Below are positions 58,859-64,000 of a stretch of 64,000 nt of DNA, piece after piece. Source of the DNA: Clostridiaceae bacterium (lineage in GTDB: Bacteria; Bacillota; Clostridia; Saccharofermentanales; UBA5734); assembly GCA_034927345.1 (NCBI GenBank), contig JAYFQE010000016.1, positions 41,472-105,471 of the forward strand. Direction: 5' to 3'. Every line of letters starts with the position of its first letter. Within the stretch, counting starts at the first letter, position 1. A program made the translations under genes and the position numbers. The notes under the pieces are model-generated. The model saw only the letters and a list, made by a program, of their open reading frames with translations. It had not been told where the DNA came from and did no database searches.

Positions 58859-60060
58859 AATATTCGCATTTATCGAAAGGAATACAGGATAGGATTCTTT
58901 TAGACAGACAAAATCACGTTGAAAACCAATATCGCTGTCAGGATGATTCGGCCATCCGCAGAATGGACAGGCAGAGCGATGCGTCCAGTTTATGGAGACC
59001 GGCTTTTGTCCGTGATATCGAGAAAATCATTCATTGCCCTTTTTATAATCGATATGCCGACAAGACGCAGGTTTTCTCTTTTTATCGTCATGACGATATC
59101 ACGAGAAGAGCGCTGCATGTCCAGCTGGTATCAAGAATTTCCCGGAATATCGGCATGGTGCTGGGTCTCAACCTGGATTTGATCGAGGCTATTTCATTGG
59201 GCCATGATATCGGTCATACGCCGTTCGGGCACGCCGGAGAAAGGTTTTTGAGCGATTTGCTGCAAGAAAATACCGGCCGCTGTTTCAATCATAATGTTCA
59301 CAGTGTCCGCGTCCTCGATACCTTATTTGCCCGAAATCTCAGTTTACAGACTTTGGATGGCATTCTCTGCCATAACGGCGAATTTGAACAGGAAAAATAC
59401 CAGCCGCGGCCGCTGGCCGGCTTTAAAGAATTCGATGAACAGGTTGAGCGTTGTTACAGGGAGCAAGCGGCAATCGAACGGCTGGTCCCGTCGACTTTAG
59501 AAGGCTGCGTTGTGCGGATTTGCGATATAATCGCTTATCTGGGAAAAGACAGACAGGACGCCAAGAAAGCCAATATATCCATGCCTCCATTTACAAAAGG
59601 TGAAATAGGGGTGGAAAATGCCGAGATCATCAATAATTTAACGGTCAATATTATAGAAAATAGTTATGGGAAAAATCATCTTGTCATGGATGAAGCGATC
59701 TTTCATGAACTGAAGACTGCTAAGCGGGAAAATTATGAGTATATTTATCACAACAAAAAGAATGACCAGCTTTATCAGGAGAACATAAAACCGATGTTCC
59801 ATGATTTATATGATAAACTGCTTGCGGACGCGAAAAGCAAGACGGAGAACTCGGTTCTTTATAAGCATCATGTGCAATTTATTGAAGACGCCAGAAAGTA
59901 TTACAGCCCTGAAGAAAATTACCGGGAACAAGAACCCAATCAAATCGTTGTTGACTATATAGCCAGTATGACCGATGACTACTTTATTGATTTATACCAT
60001 TATTTATTTCCCCAAGGGCGATATAAGGTCGAGTATGTTTCCTATTTTGAAAATTTGTGA
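58852..60060 (+). CDS. dGTP triphosphohydrolase-like HD protein
   Basis: KTQVF, HDIGHTPFGHAGE and DYIASMTD. Confidence 0.88.
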   Translation: MLKYSHLSKGIQDRILLDRQNHVENQYRCQDDSAIRRMDRQSDASSLWRPAFVRDIEKIIHCPFYNRYADKTQVFSFYRHDDITRRALHVQLVSRISRNIGMVLGLNLDLIEAISLGHDIGHTPFGHAGERFLSDLLQENTGRCFNHNVHSVRVLDTLFARNLSLQTLDGILCHNGEFEQEKYQPRPLAGFKEFDEQVERCYREQAAIERLVPSTLEGCVVRICDIIAYLGKDRQDAKKANISMPPFTKGEIGVENAEIINNLTVNIIENSYGKNHLVMDEAIFHELKTAKRENYEYIYHNKKNDQLYQENIKPMFHDLYDKLLADAKSKTENSVLYKHHVQFIEDARKYYSPEENYREQEPNQIVVDYIASMTDDYFIDLYHYLFPQGRYKVEYVSYFENL

Positions 60061-60180
60061 TCATAGTAATCAGGCATGAATGATCAGGTTCTGTCCCGCT
60101 TGCCGCCGGCCTCTTGCTTCTCGGTGTTGAGTATGTCAAACTGTGTAGGAGTATAAGCTGGCTGCTAGGAGGATCTGTTG

Positions 60181-61011
60181 ATGAGTCGCGCTGATGTCAT
60201 TTTTCAAGAAAATTGCCTGGATATTTTAACCAACGGTTATGATCAAACCGGTGAGGCAGTCCGGCCGCGATGGGAAGACGGCGCGCCGGCGTATACCATA
60301 AAAAAGTTCGGTTTGGTTAATCGATATAATCTTGCAGAAGAATTTCCGATATTGACTCTCCGGCCGATTAATTTTCGTGCGGCTGTGGATGAACTGCTCT
60401 GGATCTGGCAGAAGAAATCCAATCGCATATCGGAGCTGAACAGTAAAATCTGGGACCAGTGGGCGGATGCCGAGGGGACAATCGGCAAAGCTTATGGTTA
60501 TCAGCTGGCTCAGAAACATCAATATCCGGAAGGTGAGTTTGATCAGGTTGACCGTGTTCTCTATGACTTGAAGTACAATCCGTCCAGCAGAAGGATCATG
60601 ACCAATTTATACAATCATGCCGATCTGCATGCCATGCAGCTTTATCCGTGCGCTTATGGATTGACTTTGAACGTCACGGGCCGCAAATTAAATGCCATAT
60701 TAAACCAACGTTCGCAGGACATGCTGGTGGCCAACGGCTGGAATGTCACCCAGTATGCTGTTTTGATCCATATGTTCGCCCATGTCAGCAATCTCGAAGT
60801 CGGCGAATTGGTCCATGTCATTGCCGACGCCCACATATATGACCGTCATATTCCGATCGTTCAGGAACTTTTGCAGCGGGAGGCCTATCCGGCGCCGATT
60901 TTTCGCCTGGATCCGGATGTACATAATTTCTACGATTTTACACTGGATAGTCTGAGTCTGGAACAATACCGGTATGGTGAAAAAGTTACCGGCATTCCTG
61001 TAGCGATTTGA
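60181..61011 (+). CDS. thyA: Thymidylate synthase
   Basis: ELLWIW, IG.AYG, SRR, PC, QRSQD and HIYDRH. Confidence 0.93.
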   Translation: MSRADVIFQENCLDILTNGYDQTGEAVRPRWEDGAPAYTIKKFGLVNRYNLAEEFPILTLRPINFRAAVDELLWIWQKKSNRISELNSKIWDQWADAEGTIGKAYGYQLAQKHQYPEGEFDQVDRVLYDLKYNPSSRRIMTNLYNHADLHAMQLYPCAYGLTLNVTGRKLNAILNQRSQDMLVANGWNVTQYAVLIHMFAHVSNLEVGELVHVIADAHIYDRHIPIVQELLQREAYPAPIFRLDPDVHNFYDFTLDSLSLEQYRYGEKVTGIPVAI

Positions 61012-61031
61012 AGCGGCAAGGGGACATGGAT

Positions 61032-61598
61032 ATGAATGTCATTGTTGCTGTTGACCAGAATTGGGGTATTGGTTATAACGGCCGCCTCCTGGCGCGTCTG
61101 AGTGACGACATGAAGCGTTTCAAGGCGTTAACCATCGGCCAGACGGTCGTTTTAGGACGGAAGACGCTGGAAACTTTTCCCGGCGGGCAGCCCTTGCCGG
61201 GACGGACCAATATTATCATGACTGCTCAGCCGGCTTTTCAGGCCGGTGACGCCCGAATTTGCCATTCTTTGGATGAATTGGCGGATTGCCTGGACGACTT
61301 GGCCGGCCGGCCGGTTTTTGTTATTGGCGGCGACAGTCTGTATCGCCAGCTTTTGCCCTTCTGTAAAAAGGCTTATGTAACCCGGATCGACCGGATTTTT
61401 CCGGCGGATGCCTTTTTCCCGGATCTTGACCGGCTGGAAGGCTGGCATTTACTGGAAGAGGGGCCGCTTTTAACCGGTATTTCAAAAATCGGCAGCCCTG
61501 ATGAGGAATTGACGTTCCGATTTAATCTCTATGGCCAGGATAACCCGGCCGATTTACGGACCTGGCTCCAACGGGGGAGTGGGTATCATGAAGATTGA
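61032..61598 (+). CDS. folA: Dihydrofolate reductase
   Basis: IVAVD.NWGIG, GRKT, PLPGR.N, IGG and ADAFFP. Confidence 0.92.
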   Translation: MNVIVAVDQNWGIGYNGRLLARLSDDMKRFKALTIGQTVVLGRKTLETFPGGQPLPGRTNIIMTAQPAFQAGDARICHSLDELADCLDDLAGRPVFVIGGDSLYRQLLPFCKKAYVTRIDRIFPADAFFPDLDRLEGWHLLEEGPLLTGISKIGSPDEELTFRFNLYGQDNPADLRTWLQRGSGYHED

Positions 61599-63183
61599 GT
61601 CGGTGCGGCGGGCTTTGGCGTTGACGGGATGTCTTTGTATCTTCAGCTTATCATCGTTATCGGCATGTAATCTCAATTGGCAAAATGAATATCCAATCCT
61701 GGAAACGCAATCCGCGCCTTCAAACGATGGCGGGAACGAACCGCAAAATACAACGGAGGCAGGGATCAGCGGGGAAGATGTGACCTTGTCCCTGGCCGTA
61801 CCCTTTGGCCAGGATGCTGCCGAAGCTTTGCGCTTATTGTTTTTAGCCCGCCAATCCGGTTTATTGACACAGGAAAGCGGCCAGTATATCGGGCAGCAAC
61901 TTCAAATTGATGATTTGCAGCAGTTTGACGGACCTCTGCACTTTCAATTGGAAGCTGTTTCAGCCGATACCGGCGCGTCTGCCGATCAGGTTTCTGTCTG
62001 GCGCGCAGCCGGCACTTTGCCTGATTTGATCTATACTGAGAACGCTGCGGCGTCAATCGGTCTGGACCGCCTGCTTGATCTGAACGACCTTCTATATGAC
62101 CAATCTTTATTGTCGGCAACGCATATTTACCCGGCTGCTCTGGACTGCGTCAGGAGAGGCCAGATCCTTTATGGCGTGCCTTATTTGGCATCGGTACCCT
62201 TAGTTTATTACAATGAAGCGCTATTAACGCAGTATCAAATCCCAACGCCTGGGATTAACTGGACTTGGCCGGAATGGCTGTCTACGATCCAAGCCATGCA
62301 GCAGGCGGTCAGCAAAGCCAGCCGGGGCGCTACGCCGGCCGATCTTGCCGCTGTCATCGATCAGCCGGATATTCAGGCGGCCCTTTTACAGCAAGCTATT
62401 TTCATGATGGAAAGCCCGGTTGATTTTTTACCTTTTTTACCGGCTTCGTTATCGGCAAACGCCGGCTGGAGCATGTGGAACGGTTATGATTTTTCATTGG
62501 CTGATCCTGCTTTCCATACGGCAATCGACTGGCTGCGCCAGCAAGCCGCGGCCGGTTACAGCTGGCTGCATTTATCGGCAGAACAACAGCAGACCGCCCT
62601 TTCCAATATGAATGCACGCTTACAGAACCGGATTGTATTCTGGGTGGGCGATTCGACCGATTTGGCTTATTGGCATCAGCAAACCGGATTATCCGTTTCC
62701 GAAAGCCTGATACCTGCCGGCCCTCTGCAGGTATCGGCTGAGCAGCAACCATCAGCCGGCACAGAATCCATTCTGAATAAACGAACACCGATTCAGGTAC
62801 GCAGTTTGGTTGTCAGCAAAACGACCCGTTATCCCCGACTGGCTGCCCGATTAGCCGCTTTTTTCGCCCTGGATGTCGATGCTTTGCTGCTGCAGAGCCG
62901 TTTCCAGTTATATGAAGGCCTTTTTCCGCTCGTACAAGAGCCGGCAGCCTGGACGGCTATGGTTGAAAGGCAGCCGTATGGCCATGTTTTGGCGGCTGTG
63001 CAAGCTAATTTGCCGTATGCCTATTGCAGCGGTCAACAGGTTGTATCGGTTTGGCAGTCGGTTATGCAGTCCGCTATTGTCAAACAAGGCGAAATATATA
63101 TGACAACAGCCGATGAGCAGGCCTTGCCGCAAATATTACAGAATATTCTTAGCGAAGCGCAAGCTATCATGCAGGAGGATTGA
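61588..63183 (+). CDS. Lipoprotein, extracellular solute-binding protein (sugar ABC family 1-like)
   Basis: LSAC lipobox; PDLI..GQILYGVP..YYN..WTW.EW pattern. Confidence 0.7.
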   Translation: MKIESVRRALALTGCLCIFSLSSLSACNLNWQNEYPILETQSAPSNDGGNEPQNTTEAGISGEDVTLSLAVPFGQDAAEALRLLFLARQSGLLTQESGQYIGQQLQIDDLQQFDGPLHFQLEAVSADTGASADQVSVWRAAGTLPDLIYTENAAASIGLDRLLDLNDLLYDQSLLSATHIYPAALDCVRRGQILYGVPYLASVPLVYYNEALLTQYQIPTPGINWTWPEWLSTIQAMQQAVSKASRGATPADLAAVIDQPDIQAALLQQAIFMMESPVDFLPFLPASLSANAGWSMWNGYDFSLADPAFHTAIDWLRQQAAAGYSWLHLSAEQQQTALSNMNARLQNRIVFWVGDSTDLAYWHQQTGLSVSESLIPAGPLQVSAEQQPSAGTESILNKRTPIQVRSLVVSKTTRYPRLAARLAAFFALDVDALLLQSRFQLYEGLFPLVQEPAAWTAMVERQPYGHVLAAVQANLPYAYCSGQQVVSVWQSVMQSAIVKQGEIYMTTADEQALPQILQNILSEAQAIMQED

Positions 63184-63186
63184 TCC

Positions 63187-64000
63187 ATGGCTGAGCCGAC
63201 AGATTGCCGCATCGTCTTTGAACCGATCCGGCTGGCCGATGCCGCACAGATACGTCAAGCCGGCATTGTCTTGTCCGATGAGGCAACGGTTAAAGCCATG
63301 CGCCTGGCTATTCGCCAATTGATGAATTTGTGCGGACCGCTGCTTTGGCTGGCCGGTAAGTATGACGGCGATGAGCGGGAACTTCTGGGCGTAGTCGGGT
63401 TTCAGATGCTTGATCCTTTAGCCAGGCGGGCTTTGGTTCATTTATATCCGATCCTGTTGACGGATCTTCTGTTGGCTGCTTTATCAAAACAAGCTTTCCA
63501 GACCCAAAATCTTTATCGTTTGGAATTGGAAGCCGGAGCATATGAGCAAGCTTGGCTGCCAACCCTGACGGCAGCCGGCTGGCATGAAGAGGGACTGATG
63601 CGTTCTTGCCGCTGGAATGCTGAACATAGAAGACATGAGGATGTCCGGATGTATGCTTTACTAAAACCGCAACAGCAAGGCTTCGGCAGCGCGTTTATTC
63701 CTTTCAGCAAGGCGGTCGTTGCAGTCACAGGCGATCAGGAGGGATTGCAGACCTTGCATTTTATTCGATACGGCCGGCCGGTTGACGTGATGGGCTTACA
63801 AGAAGACGCCGAATGGCTGGGCTTGCTCGACCCAAACGGCTGTTTGATCAACCGGTCAGAATGGACTCGGCTGTTTCCCGATCAACCTGCGTTTGTAACC
63901 GAGCAGGCGCCTCCTTGCGTTTGGACAGCAGCCGATCAGATAACAGAGTACTTTGCCGGACACCGAACCGCGTTTGATGTGCCGGTCCATCTGGAGCAGG
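63187..64000 (+). CDS. RimL-like GNAT domain fused to an Ogt-like methylated-DNA--protein methyltransferase N-terminus (3' end outside window)
   Basis: Open to the window end; AF..NLYRLEL..GW.EEG.MR..MYALL, then QITEYFAGHRTAFDVP; AGGAGG RBS. Confidence 0.65.
   Translation, partial: MAEPTDCRIVFEPIRLADAAQIRQAGIVLSDEATVKAMRLAIRQLMNLCGPLLWLAGKYDGDERELLGVVGFQMLDPLARRALVHLYPILLTDLLLAALSKQAFQTQNLYRLELEAGAYEQAWLPTLTAAGWHEEGLMRSCRWNAEHRRHEDVRMYALLKPQQQGFGSAFIPFSKAVVAVTGDQEGLQTLHFIRYGRPVDVMGLQEDAEWLGLLDPNGCLINRSEWTRLFPDQPAFVTEQAPPCVWTAADQITEYFAGHRTAFDVPVHLEQ

Overview
Chromosomal window from a Clostridia-like firmicute (about 50% GC; taxon inferred from gene content). The first ~16 kb is accessory and partly decayed. 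It holds a mosaic of gene fragments (an IS3-type remnant and a chimeric ORF), a purine-salvage permease/PRTase pair, a 701-bp internally deleted IS1634-type element with intact ends, an AraC-controlled sugar oxidoreductase/isomerase pair, GNAT/pirin/GyrI genes and an MFS transporter with twin operators. The rest is mostly housekeeping: pfk-ppx-ppk1, argS, M3 peptidase, rsmF-like, rdgB, ACT-hom, a GGDEF-EAL gene, an [FeFe]-hydrogenase accessory cassette lacking catalytic subunits, malic enzyme, Lrp-aminotransferase-prfB, larBC, purE-F-N-H-D, a nadD-yqeK fusion, rsfS, comEA, a PadR operon, thrS, tRNA-Pro(CGG), dGTPase-like, thyA-folA and a GNAT-Ogt-like fusion. The best candidate for an undescribed system is a small basic ORF (14597-14824). 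It has its own promoter and RBS, and a strand-specific hairpin sits inside the coding region before the stop codon, which is the non-stop-mRNA design of ArfA/BrfA ribosome rescue factors. No CRISPR array was seen. All calls come from motif recognition by eye; no database searches were run.
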